Source: Cyclobacterium sp. | GTDB taxonomy: Bacteria; Bacteroidota; Bacteroidia; Cytophagales; Cyclobacteriaceae | Assembly: GCA_041685605.1 (NCBI GenBank) | Contig: JAWLFL010000001.1 | Span: 1,884 to 65,883 of the forward strand | Direction of reading: 5' to 3' | Length of the DNA stretch: 64,000 nt | In this document: piece after piece, positions 39,885-48,834 of the stretch | How positions within the stretch are numbered: position 1 is the stretch's first letter | Layout: each line of letters begins with the position of its first letter | Position numbers and translations under genes: made by a program | Notes under the pieces: generated by a model | The model's database searches: none | What the model saw: the letters and a program-made list of their open reading frames with translations, nothing else | Told to the model about the DNA's origin: nothing

Positions 39885-40631
39885 ATGAAAAAGATGCCCA
39901 TAAAAGAAATTTGTGATCAGATAAACCGCTTTATTGCAGGTCAAAACAGGGATATTGATAGCAGGTCAATTCGTTTTAATTTGAATAATTCTTTCAAGGA
40001 AAAGATTGGTGAACATGACCTGGCTTTGTTTTGTGATTGTCTGGTAAAAATCGCAAAAACAAAGGATAGAAAAATAAGAAAGACCGAACAATGTTTTTGG
40101 AATTATGTAAGGTTCCTCCCCCTTGATCTTGAGATGCAGACGGATAATGACAAAAATGATGAGGATGAGTGGGAGGAATTATTGTCGAATACTCCTTATG
40201 CGGATAGGAAAAAGAGGAAATTCTCAAAACTGTTGGGATTGGCCGAAGAAATTCTCAAATTAAAAAAAGACCGTAGCAGGGCTAGTGAAATGCGACGTGC
40301 AGCTTCATTGGAACTTATATCCGAAATCATGGAATATTATATTATTCCAACAGCCCTACCCTTATTCTGGAAGTCACTACAAAGTGAAAATAAGGGGGAG
40401 CAATATGCTGCGCTGGAAGGGTTCGCAAATTATTATGCGTATACCGAAGATGAAATCGATAGTGGGCTAATTGAAATCCTCAATGGAATACTGTCTGAAA
40501 CAGACGATCGATCCATCGCTTCCACCTGCCTGCAGATTCAGATAAATTCCGGAATAATTGACGAAGGAACCGCACTTTGGGAATTGGATGAATGGAAAGC
40601 GGATGATGAATCCGATAATTGCGGTGAATAG
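39885..40631 (+). CDS. Hypothetical protein with HEAT-like helical C-terminus
   Basis: 248-aa ORF with MRRAASLELI and EQYAALEG helical repeat-like segments. Confidence 0.6.
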   Translation: MKKMPIKEICDQINRFIAGQNRDIDSRSIRFNLNNSFKEKIGEHDLALFCDCLVKIAKTKDRKIRKTEQCFWNYVRFLPLDLEMQTDNDKNDEDEWEELLSNTPYADRKKRKFSKLLGLAEEILKLKKDRSRASEMRRAASLELISEIMEYYIIPTALPLFWKSLQSENKGEQYAALEGFANYYAYTEDEIDSGLIEILNGILSETDDRSIASTCLQIQINSGIIDEGTALWELDEWKADDESDNCGE

Positions 40632-40743
40632 GGCTTGATTACTTATCCGAATTCCTCAGTTTGATCACCGACAGCCGGGAGATGAGTTGTGGACACAGTA
40701 CATATACACGCAATTGATCTTTTGAAACATGGATTTATACAAA

Positions 40744-41401
40744 TGTTGTGGGGAATGTGAGCTAGTAGCAAAGAATTGTGATTTGTCGTACCTTTGAATA
40801 TGATCAAATCAGTATATTTAGACACATCGGTTTTTGGCGGATATTTTGATGAAGAATTTTCGGAACCCACTGTGAGTTTCTTTGAAAGAATCATTAGGGA
40901 TAACATCGATTTGATTGTATCTGAAGTTCTTACATCTGAACTCGAAAATGCTCCTGAACATGTGAGAGACTTATTAGATCTTATTCCAAACAGTCAAATC
41001 CGGTCAATTGACGTTAATCCGGAAGCTGAAAGACTTGCCAAACATTATATTTCGGAAAAAGCAGTTGGGAAAACGAGCTATGCTGACTGTCTCCATATAG
41101 CTTTGGCAACTCTGAGCCATGCCGACATTTTAGTAAGCTGGAACTTCCAGCATATTGTTAACATTGATAGAATTAGGGGGTATAATTCAGTAAACCTTAA
41201 GCTGGGATATAAAATGATTGAAATTCACTCACCTTTAGAACTTGGAACTTATGAGTAGTGTAACAGTAAAAACCGAAAAAGGATTGGTAAAAAAATTAAG
41301 AGCAATCCGAGACAAGATGAACGAAGACATGCAAGATATGACCTTTGAAGAAACTAAGGCTTATCTGCGAAAGATGCGGGAAAAAGGAACTCCCCACAAC
41401 A
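40744..41401. mobile_element. Putative gene-cassette-like unit bounded by an 11-bp inverted repeat
   Basis: TGTTGTGGGGA (40744-40754) and TCCCCACAACA (41391-41401) enclose a promoter, the PIN gene and a small ORF. Confidence 0.45.
40800..41258 (+). CDS. PIN domain protein (VapC-like toxin)
   Basis: VYLDTSV, EL, DCLHIALA and LVSWNFQH motifs; TACCTTTG (40789-40796) ends 3 nt before the ATG. Confidence 0.9.
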   Translation: MIKSVYLDTSVFGGYFDEEFSEPTVSFFERIIRDNIDLIVSEVLTSELENAPEHVRDLLDLIPNSQIRSIDVNPEAERLAKHYISEKAVGKTSYADCLHIALATLSHADILVSWNFQHIVNIDRIRGYNSVNLKLGYKMIEIHSPLELGTYE

Positions 41402-41406
41402 AATGA
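41251..41406 (+). CDS. Small 51-aa protein, candidate antitoxin (not in ORF track)
   Basis: MSSVTVKTEKGLVKKLRAIRDKMNEDMQDMTFEETKAYLRKMREKGTPHNK*; overlaps the PIN stop by 8 nt. Confidence 0.7.
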   Translation: MSSVTVKTEKGLVKKLRAIRDKMNEDMQDMTFEETKAYLRKMREKGTPHNK

Positions 41407-41515
41407 TAAAATGAATGCGCTTATTTCTTCGCAGTTATTTTTTTGCTGATTGAATAGTCAGAAGTCATCAATTGTTTTTACTAATTTACCAACCTGAACC
41501 ACTAACAGAAAACGT

Positions 41516-42232
41516 ATGAATGCAAAAGGGAAACCTGGAATGTTAATGCCGCAGCTACTAATCGCAGTGCTGATTTTAATGGTAAGTGGCGGTTCCTTCG
41601 CCCAGGAAAAAAAGACTGAGGACTCAAAAAGCAATACCATGGAAATAGCCTTCTTACTTTTCGACAATTACGAAACACTGGACGTTTTCGGTCCGGTAGA
41701 AATTTTTGGAAGGCTTACGGACCTGTATACATTGAAATTCTATTCACTTGGTGGAGGGCTAATTGAGAATAGGCACGGGGTATCGGTCCTGACCGAAAAA
41801 TTGGACATGGCTTCCGTTAGTCCTTACATGCTACTAATACCAGGCGGCATGGGCACCCGCAAAGAGGTAGATAATGAATCGCTTATCGGGCAGATAAAGG
41901 GAATAGCTGGTGCGAGCAGCTACGTATTGACAGTCTGTACTGGAAGTGCGCTTCTTGCCAGGTCCGGTCTTTTGGATGGCAGGCAGGCCACTTCGAATAA
42001 ACGGGCATTTTCCTGGGTGGAATCAATGGGTCCCAATGTGGTTTGGGACAAAAAGGCACGTTGGAAAGTGGATGATAACTATTACACTTCTTCAGGAGTG
42101 AGTGCTGGTATGGACATGGCCCTGGGGTTTTTGGCAGACAGGCATGGAATCGAATTCGCCCGAAATGTTGCGTTTGAAATTGAATACAATTGGATTGAAG
42201 ACAAGGATAACGATAGCTTTGTCGCTGAATAA
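41516..42232 (+). CDS. DJ-1/PfpI family protein with an N-terminal signal-like extension
   Basis: ETLDVFGPVE, LIPGG, TVCTGS nucleophile and TSSGVSAGMDMAL motifs. Confidence 0.9.
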   Translation: MNAKGKPGMLMPQLLIAVLILMVSGGSFAQEKKTEDSKSNTMEIAFLLFDNYETLDVFGPVEIFGRLTDLYTLKFYSLGGGLIENRHGVSVLTEKLDMASVSPYMLLIPGGMGTRKEVDNESLIGQIKGIAGASSYVLTVCTGSALLARSGLLDGRQATSNKRAFSWVESMGPNVVWDKKARWKVDDNYYTSSGVSAGMDMALGFLADRHGIEFARNVAFEIEYNWIEDKDNDSFVAE

Positions 42233-42299
42233 CAGGTGGTAGGCAATGGACAGCCAACGGGATTATCGAAATACCAATGAGGCATTTTCCCCTTTAGTG

Positions 42300-42510
42300 C
42301 GGTATTTATTAGCGGATTATACAAACCTGGAACAGGTAAAGCCCGTGGGTGAAATCGGCGGAAAAGAGGCCTATCAATTGTATATGGACAGCACGCTAAC
42401 TGAGCTAAGAAAGGCGGAAAGCCGAATCCTGTACGATGGAACTTCCAAAGACTTTTTAATTGGACCAGACATGGAAAAATAGGATGCTATCCCAAGTCAG
42501 GATGTTTTTT
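42300..42510 (+). pseudogene. DUF1330-like gene fragment
   Basis: ADYTNLEQVKP..GKEAYQLYM..FLIGPDMEK*D, with TAG where a Trp (WD) is expected; native N- and C-termini missing. Confidence 0.55.
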
Positions 42511-42618
42511 TTAGTAGATACTATATACTGAGAATTTACTTTGGAATTAAAGGATAATGTTAACCTGTTTTAAATAAAACACTCATATTTGTCTTATTCA
42601 TTATCAATAGTGCTTTCA

Positions 42619-43282
42619 ATGGAAAAAGCAGTATTTGTCAGCATATTCGATATGCTCAAGATTGGAGTGGGGCCTTCCAGTTCGCATACCTTAGGTCCCT
42701 GGAGGGTGTCCCAAAGGTGGATGGAAGCGTTAAAACAAAACCATATTTTTGAAAAAATACAAAAGATAGAAATTCATCTATATGGTTCACTTTCGCTTAC
42801 GGGTAAAGGACATGCCACTGATATCGCTGCCGTTTTAGGGCTTTGTGGCCATGATCCGGTTACCATCAATACCTTAACGATAGCTGAAAAAATCGATTTT
42901 ATAAAAGCAAATTCAGAACTTCATCTCGACAAAGCCATCAGGGTGCCGTTTCATTTCGAAAAGGACATCGTTTTCCATAAGCATTTTTTGGATTTTCATC
43001 CCAATGGGATGATGTACAAAGCCATTTTGAACGACAATACCAGTTATGAATCTTTTTTTTATTCTATTGGTGCAGGTTCCTTGCATCGAACGCAACGCGA
43101 TGGGAGCCATTAAGGCCATCAATGCAGCTGAAATCGCCATCGAAAGCGATGCATCAAAAGCTAAAATTTCACTTGACAAAGTCGTAAGCACCATGTGGGA
43201 AACGGCAAAAGACATGAGTTCCCGTTATAAGGAGACCTCCAAAGGAGGGTTGGCTTTACAAGTAATGCATACCGATTGCTAA
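42619..43282 (+). pseudogene. sdaA: L-serine ammonia-lyase with a large internal deletion
   Basis: N part (KIGVGPSSSHT, LYGSLSLTGKGHATD, FHPNGM, YSIG) is joined out of frame to the C-terminal [19 protein letters not shown] at ATTGGTG (43066-43072). Confidence 0.9.
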
Positions 43283-43512
43283 ATTCTCTGTATGCTTATC
43301 TTTGAGTTACCAAAAACAACCGAAAGGCTCAAATTGATATATTTACAGAAGAGCGGCTTCCCAATAGATGAGTTGATTAATAGATTGCTATTTCTTGAAA
43401 ATCCGGGAAGTGGAATCCCTCACACATGAAATGGCTTCTAAACCGTAGGAATTTTTGGAGTAGGAGACCCGAGAGGGTAGGGATATTTCCCTCTCAGGAG
43501 GTAAGTTTTACT

Positions 43513-46500
43513 TTATTTCTGAAGATCCCTACGTACTCCCGCTATCTTTTCCAATAACGCTTCCCGGCGATTGCCCGATTCGGATGTGACCGGTTGGTCG
43601 CCGCCAGGGTAAAACCTACCAATAAAATTCACCGTTTCTTCGTTCCCCTCACTTTTGATTTCTTCCCAGAGCGCAGCAGCTTCCTCGCTTTCACCCAGGG
43701 CTTCCAGGGCAAATAACCCCAGCAGTTGCTCGGAGCGATTGCGGGACATGTTTTCAGTTGCGGCTACCACTTGCTGCATGTGCGAGCGGAACAGGTCCTG
43801 CTGATTCTGGGCTTTCGCTACCTGTCCCAGCAAGTAATCCTGCATGGTTTCGTTGGTGCTGAAAGGCTTACCTACACCCAGGTTTTCGGGCCATTCCAGA
43901 GATTTTTCCAGCTTGGCTTGCGCAGGTTTCCAGCGTCTCTCTTGCATGTCTTCCAGGGCCGCATTCAGGTATACCGTTTCAAAGAGTGCCCTACCTTCTC
44001 CAGCCCCTTCATAAGGGAGAACGTGGATTTTGTCGAGAAGGTCCATGGCTTTTTTGTATTGGCCCAGGCTATTGAGTACCCGGATGTAATCCATTTCCAG
44101 TACATAGCTTCCCGAAAACGTGCGGGTGGCTTTCTTCAGCAAGGAAAGGGCTTCTTGTTCCTGACCGTTTTCGGCCTGATATCGGGCCAGGTGCTGCCAG
44201 TGCCTCCATTGGGAGGGGTTCATTTCCCAGGCTTTTTTCAGATCGGGCAGGGGATCTTTTCCTCCGTTTTTTTCAAGCAAAAGGGCTCGGTTTAGATAGA
44301 AAGTCGCTTCATCGGCCTTTTCGTCTATTTCGGTCAATAGTTTTGCTGCTTCTCCGGATTCATTGAACGCCATTAGGTTTAACGCCAGGTAATAATCCAG
44401 CTTCCAGTGAGTCCTTTCCTTCCGGGCCCAGTTCAACATTTCCAGGGTTTCCTTTCGATAAGGCAAAACAAAGGCGATGGGTTTGGCCAACAAGGCGTCC
44501 AGACCTGACTCGTCCTGCTTTTCATCCAGAAAGGCCGTCCAAAGGTCTACCAGGGCATGTGCCGGGCTTTGTTCCAGGACCTGCAAGGCCTCGGATTTGC
44601 GGTTGTATTTTAGATAGGTAGCCGCCAGTTCCAGGTGGGTCTGGTAGGGGAAGTCATTGTTGATCAAGGAATGGAGGGTTTCCAGTGCCGCTGGCTTTGG
44701 GTCGCTCAGGTACTGTTCGAACCGGATAAAGTGATTCAGGGGATCAATGTCCCAAAGCTTTTGCAGAACGGCAGCGGCAGACTGTTTTTCCCCGGCTAGC
44801 CGGTGCTTGACGGCCAGCACCTGGTAGGCCATAATGTTGTGCACATTAAAATCCAATGCTTTTCGGGCATAGTCGGAGGCTTTTGCCAGGTTGTATTCAG
44901 CCAGATGGATCTCCGCCATGGCGGTGTAGGCGGAAGAGCGGAACTCCATAGACCGTGAAGCCCAACCATAAGCCTCCAGGGCATCAATGGGTTGGTCCAT
45001 TGCCCGGTAAATACTTCCGGCTACAAAATTGGCTTGGGGGTCAAAAAAATCCGTGGCCAGGGGCTGGGCAATTTGTTCCAGTGCTTCTTCATACCTCCCA
45101 AAACGAAATAGCAGCTCGGCATAATCGATGTTGGCCTGCTGATGCCCGGGCTCCAGCCTGAGGATTTCTTCGTATTTGGCCTGGGCTTCCGGATAGGCCC
45201 GACTGTAATAATCCTGCCGGGCGTTGTAATACAAGGCTTCGACGGCTGAAAGCGGTTCCGCTTCGGTTTTATCAAAAGAACGGCTCAGTTTCATCGGATC
45301 TTCGGTTGCCCAGGAATAGACCTTTTCGGTTCCCAAAACCAGTTCCAGTTTTTGCAGAGGAGCCTCCAGGGCCAATTCTTTGCTAATCACATCCATGGGC
45401 TGCCCACTAAGGGTGATGGTTTGGGCCGGTTTATCGTTAATGTATACCTGCAGGTCTTCTTGAATGGTTTCAAACGGGTTGAAGGACAAGGAAAGTGTTT
45501 GGTTGGCTTCTTTTATATTGAAAACACCGGCCTGGCTCACGGCACTGATACCACCAATCTGCTTGACAGGAAACCAATAATCCGTCCATCGGTCGATGGT
45601 GTAGGGGGCAAAACCTGCCTTGGTAAGCGGGCTGGGTTGTCGGCTGGAAGGGGAAAACTGGTTCAGCATCCTACCGGCCTGGAATTCCATATATTGTCCG
45701 TTTTCATCGGTCAGCAAGTCTTCCCAAATGCCCCCGGAGCGGGACAATGCCCAAAGCCATAATTTTTTACCGGGCATCTCATCGTAACTGGAAAAATGTC
45801 CAAAACCATATCCCTGATTATGAAAATAACCGCCAAAGTGATTTTGGAAAGAACCCGCCATGTGGTGGGACTTGCTGGAGCCAAAGGCATTGTTGGCATA
45901 CAGGCTCACGTCTTTTCCCTCCTGAACGGGCCAATCCATCAGGGCACCGCTATGTTGCAGGGCGATGTGTCCCGGATAAAAAAACTCCTGGTCTTTGCCC
46001 ACATGCGCTGCTGCGGTCATCCAGTTGTAGTAGGGCTGCCGCAAGGGTTCGGGGTTGTACCAGATCCCTTCCGTCTCGAGATAGGCTTTATCTTTGGGCA
46101 GGATGATCTTCACCCGCCATTGGGTCCGGGAAGGCAGGTCCATGGTTCCCACCACGCAGGTCAGGCTGCCGTCCTCGTTTTCATAGGTAATGTAATCCAC
46201 TGGCGAGGCCGTGGAGGGAGCATGCCCGATGATGCCAAAATTGAATTCAATCCCACCCGAGGTCCAGGGACCCCGCATGGCAATGTTTCGAAATTTGACG
46301 ACCTCGTTTTCGTAAATAAAATCTTTTCCCGTAGATTTTTCGACGGCACCCCAGACCCGGCCTCCGATTTCTGGCATGATGGTGATTTTCAGGTACTCGT
46401 TCTCCAGAGTAACTAGATTCCAATCTTTTTTTACCGGGTCCACACTGTATCCTTCAAACCGGAAATAGGGATAGATGTCCGGTTTGTACACCAGGGAGGG

Positions 46501-46647
46501 TACCGGACTTGGGTCTGAAAAGGGATAAGTGGTGTAGCTGACGGGTGCTTCACTGATACGGGCTTCCTGTCCCCAGGAGAGGAACACGGTCAGGAAAGCG
46601 GCCGAAGTGAATAGTAGGAATTTAGGGGAAACGGACGATCTAAACAT
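43513..46647 (-). CDS. DUF5107 domain and TPR-repeat secreted protein
   Basis: LENEYLKITIMPEIGGR, GPWTSGGIEFN and EWPENLGVGKP motifs; TPRs; signal peptide. Confidence 0.85.
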   Translation of the reverse strand: MFRSSVSPKFLLFTSAAFLTVFLSWGQEARISEAPVSYTTYPFSDPSPVPSLVYKPDIYPYFRFEGYSVDPVKKDWNLVTLENEYLKITIMPEIGGRVWGAVEKSTGKDFIYENEVVKFRNIAMRGPWTSGGIEFNFGIIGHAPSTASPVDYITYENEDGSLTCVVGTMDLPSRTQWRVKIILPKDKAYLETEGIWYNPEPLRQPYYNWMTAAAHVGKDQEFFYPGHIALQHSGALMDWPVQEGKDVSLYANNAFGSSKSHHMAGSFQNHFGGYFHNQGYGFGHFSSYDEMPGKKLWLWALSRSGGIWEDLLTDENGQYMEFQAGRMLNQFSPSSRQPSPLTKAGFAPYTIDRWTDYWFPVKQIGGISAVSQAGVFNIKEANQTLSLSFNPFETIQEDLQVYINDKPAQTITLSGQPMDVISKELALEAPLQKLELVLGTEKVYSWATEDPMKLSRSFDKTEAEPLSAVEALYYNARQDYYSRAYPEAQAKYEEILRLEPGHQQANIDYAELLFRFGRYEEALEQIAQPLATDFFDPQANFVAGSIYRAMDQPIDALEAYGWASRSMEFRSSAYTAMAEIHLAEYNLAKASDYARKALDFNVHNIMAYQVLAVKHRLAGEKQSAAAVLQKLWDIDPLNHFIRFEQYLSDPKPAALETLHSLINNDFPYQTHLELAATYLKYNRKSEALQVLEQSPAHALVDLWTAFLDEKQDESGLDALLAKPIAFVLPYRKETLEMLNWARKERTHWKLDYYLALNLMAFNESGEAAKLLTEIDEKADEATFYLNRALLLEKNGGKDPLPDLKKAWEMNPSQWRHWQHLARYQAENGQEQEALSLLKKATRTFSGSYVLEMDYIRVLNSLGQYKKAMDLLDKIHVLPYEGAGEGRALFETVYLNAALEDMQERRWKPAQAKLEKSLEWPENLGVGKPFSTNETMQDYLLGQVAKAQNQQDLFRSHMQQVVAATENMSRNRSEQLLGLFALEALGESEEAAALWEEIKSEGNEETVNFIGRFYPGGDQPVTSESGNRREALLEKIAGVRRDLQK

Positions 46648-46819
46648 GGCTAAATGTAACAAAAACCGGCCTAAAATTCCTATAGAAAGAAGAGAGGAAG
46701 TAAAAACAGCCGTACGAGCGGTAAACGACCGGTGAAAAATTCCCTGCTGCAGAAAAGTTAGACGTGTAACTAAAAAAAAGAGAAACTTTTACGTTCCTCT
46801 TTTAATACTGGTTTCATTT

Positions 46820-47317
46820 TTATTCCGGATTTTGTTCCGCCATCAAAGCATCTACTTTCTCCTTAACTTTTGGGCTTTGATTATAGGCTATGGATATCTC
46901 CTGAAATTTCTGGATTTCCATGCCGCTGTCGGTAATATGCTTCTGGAGTTCCTCCTGACTTTCTTGCTGCACTTTCATAATTTCCTGTCCAGCTTCGTTG
47001 AACGTAGAAATTTCTTCTGGGTCATCGGTGGCATCCATAATATTTCCCTGACGTTGGGCTTGCATCAAAGCTTGAAATCGGGGAACTTCCATTCCCTTTT
47101 CCTCCAGGATGCCCACCATTTTGGCTTCAACTTCTGCTTGCATGGGGGCAAGTGTTTGATTGATGGCAACAAATTTTTCATAATCCTCATCGGAAAAATT
47201 ATCGTTGACTTGTTGTTGTGCGCCCTGAGGAAGTTGTTGAGCCAATGTTCCGAAGGCAAGACAAATGGAAAACAGTATGGAAAAAACCGATACTTTGGAT
47301 ACTTTTGAATAAATCAT
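46820..47317 (-). CDS. DUF4168-like exported helical protein
   Basis: Signal peptide; FSDEDYEKFV, with two repeats GMEVPRFQ and GMEIQKFQ. Confidence 0.75.
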   Translation of the reverse strand: MIYSKVSKVSVFSILFSICLAFGTLAQQLPQGAQQQVNDNFSDEDYEKFVAINQTLAPMQAEVEAKMVGILEEKGMEVPRFQALMQAQRQGNIMDATDDPEEISTFNEAGQEIMKVQQESQEELQKHITDSGMEIQKFQEISIAYNQSPKVKEKVDALMAEQNPE

Positions 47318-47361
47318 GATTCAAATTTTTATTATTATTAACTTGTTTCAAGTATTGAAAT

Positions 47362-47377
47362 TGCAATAAATATTCCA
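47362..47377 (-). promoter_or_regulatory. Putative sigma54 promoter of the DUF4168 gene
   Basis: Minus strand TGGAAT-ATTTA-TTGCA with exact GG-N10-GC spacing, 44 nt upstream of the ATG. Confidence 0.65.
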
Positions 47378-47425
47378 AAAACAAGAAATTACCATGTTAA
47401 TTTACGTTAAATAGAACAAATTGTT

Positions 47426-47773
47426 ATGACTAAAATTTACGGTATTAAGAATTGCAACACCATGAAGAAGACGTTTGCCCTCTTTGAGGAGGCGGGCAAA
47501 CCTTACGAATTTGTGGATTACAAAAAGCAAAAGCCGGATGCCGGTCTGCTCGGAAAATTTATTGATGCGTTAGGATTGGAGCAGGTGGTTAATAAGCGGG
47601 GAACAACGTTCCGCAAGCTAGATGAGGAAGCCAAATCTGCTGCCGATAACAAGGCTACCGCCATCACTTTATTACAGGAAAAGAGCAGCATGATTAAAAG
47701 ACCCATTATCGTTTTTGAAGACGGAAGCATGCAGGCCGGGCTGGATGAAGAAAGTATCAGCGCAAAATTTTAA
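47426..47773 (+). CDS. ArsC/Spx family protein (YffB-like)
   Basis: IYGIKNCNTMKK, VNKRGTTFR and IKRP motifs. Confidence 0.9.
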   Translation: MTKIYGIKNCNTMKKTFALFEEAGKPYEFVDYKKQKPDAGLLGKFIDALGLEQVVNKRGTTFRKLDEEAKSAADNKATAITLLQEKSSMIKRPIIVFEDGSMQAGLDEESISAKF

Positions 47774-47788
47774 ATTAGTTTCCTGTTT

Positions 47789-48817
47789 TTAAGTGAATTT
47801 CGGCTGATCCTGGCGGTTCATAGGGTGGAAATTTACTTTCAGGTATCCCCCGGAGGCATTGGGTTGTGTCAGAAACTGGGGGATGCCTTTCACCCAATCC
47901 ACGGTTTGGCGGTGAATGTGACCTGCCAAAACACCTAATAAATTGGGACTTTCGAATACTGCCTGATGGAAGTCCATGGTGGTTTGGCTATGTCCTTCAT
48001 TCGGCCATCTTTGTCGTCTTTCCAATTCATAGTTTCGGTCGTTAGCAGCATTGTAATCGGGATGACCGCAGCCATACCCCAAGCTTCGGGCTGGTGCGTA
48101 CAAGGGAATGTGCATCATCAGCACCATGGGTAAGCCTTTGCGAACCTGCTCTTCGTAAAACTCCAGTTGCTCAGGTAGAATCTCATAGTAGCTATTATCA
48201 ATGTTAACCATATTGATTCCCTTGACCTCTTCAGCATACATGAGGGGGTTTCTTCCTTTATAAAGTGGCAGGAGTCGCTTTCGGATCCAGGTATCCCGTA
48301 ACTCGTGCAGACTTCCTTCCATTCCTTCGTAGTGCCAGTCATGGTTCCCACTCGAATAAAAATAGGGGATGTCCAATGCTTCAAGCCTTTCCAGGGCCCA
48401 TTCGATAGCGGCTTCGGAAGGAAAGCTGAAGAGATCTCCAGTTAGGGTAATTACATCCACCTTTGCTTCTTTCGCTGCTTCCAGCGTAGCTTCAAAAGCC
48501 TCCTCCGGATTCGTAGCCTCACCGGTCAGGAAATGCTTGGTTTCATTGTAGGCTCCGGCCATCCGCTTGCTATATTGCCGGTAAGGCTTGCCTCGCTCAT
48601 CGTCCCGCCAGAGGTGGGTGTCCGTGACATGCAGGATGGAAACGGACTGATCCAGCTGGGGCACGTGGTAATTGATGTGGTAATCATTAATGCCTACCGT
48701 AAACGGCTGCGTTTTGAAATCGGCGGTTTGAGAAGAAGCCTGAAGAGTTTCATTAACCCCCAGGGCGATACCTGCCGAGAGGGCCCCAGCTTTTTGAAAG
48801 AAGTGTCTCCTTTTCAT
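47789..48817 (-). CDS. Tat-exported metallophosphoesterase
   Basis: MKRRHFF twin-arginine signal; DTH, TGD, GNHD and GHIH calcineurin-like motifs. Confidence 0.85.
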   Translation of the reverse strand: MKRRHFFQKAGALSAGIALGVNETLQASSQTADFKTQPFTVGINDYHINYHVPQLDQSVSILHVTDTHLWRDDERGKPYRQYSKRMAGAYNETKHFLTGEATNPEEAFEATLEAAKEAKVDVITLTGDLFSFPSEAAIEWALERLEALDIPYFYSSGNHDWHYEGMEGSLHELRDTWIRKRLLPLYKGRNPLMYAEEVKGINMVNIDNSYYEILPEQLEFYEEQVRKGLPMVLMMHIPLYAPARSLGYGCGHPDYNAANDRNYELERRQRWPNEGHSQTTMDFHQAVFESPNLLGVLAGHIHRQTVDWVKGIPQFLTQPNASGGYLKVNFHPMNRQDQPKFT

Positions 48818-48834
48818 GGTTGTCTTTGGTTTGC

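Noticed and set aside
42619-43282. Naturally split SdhB/SdhA serine dehydratase
   Set aside because: The C-terminal piece is only ~71 codons, lacks most of the catalytic domain and has no credible start.
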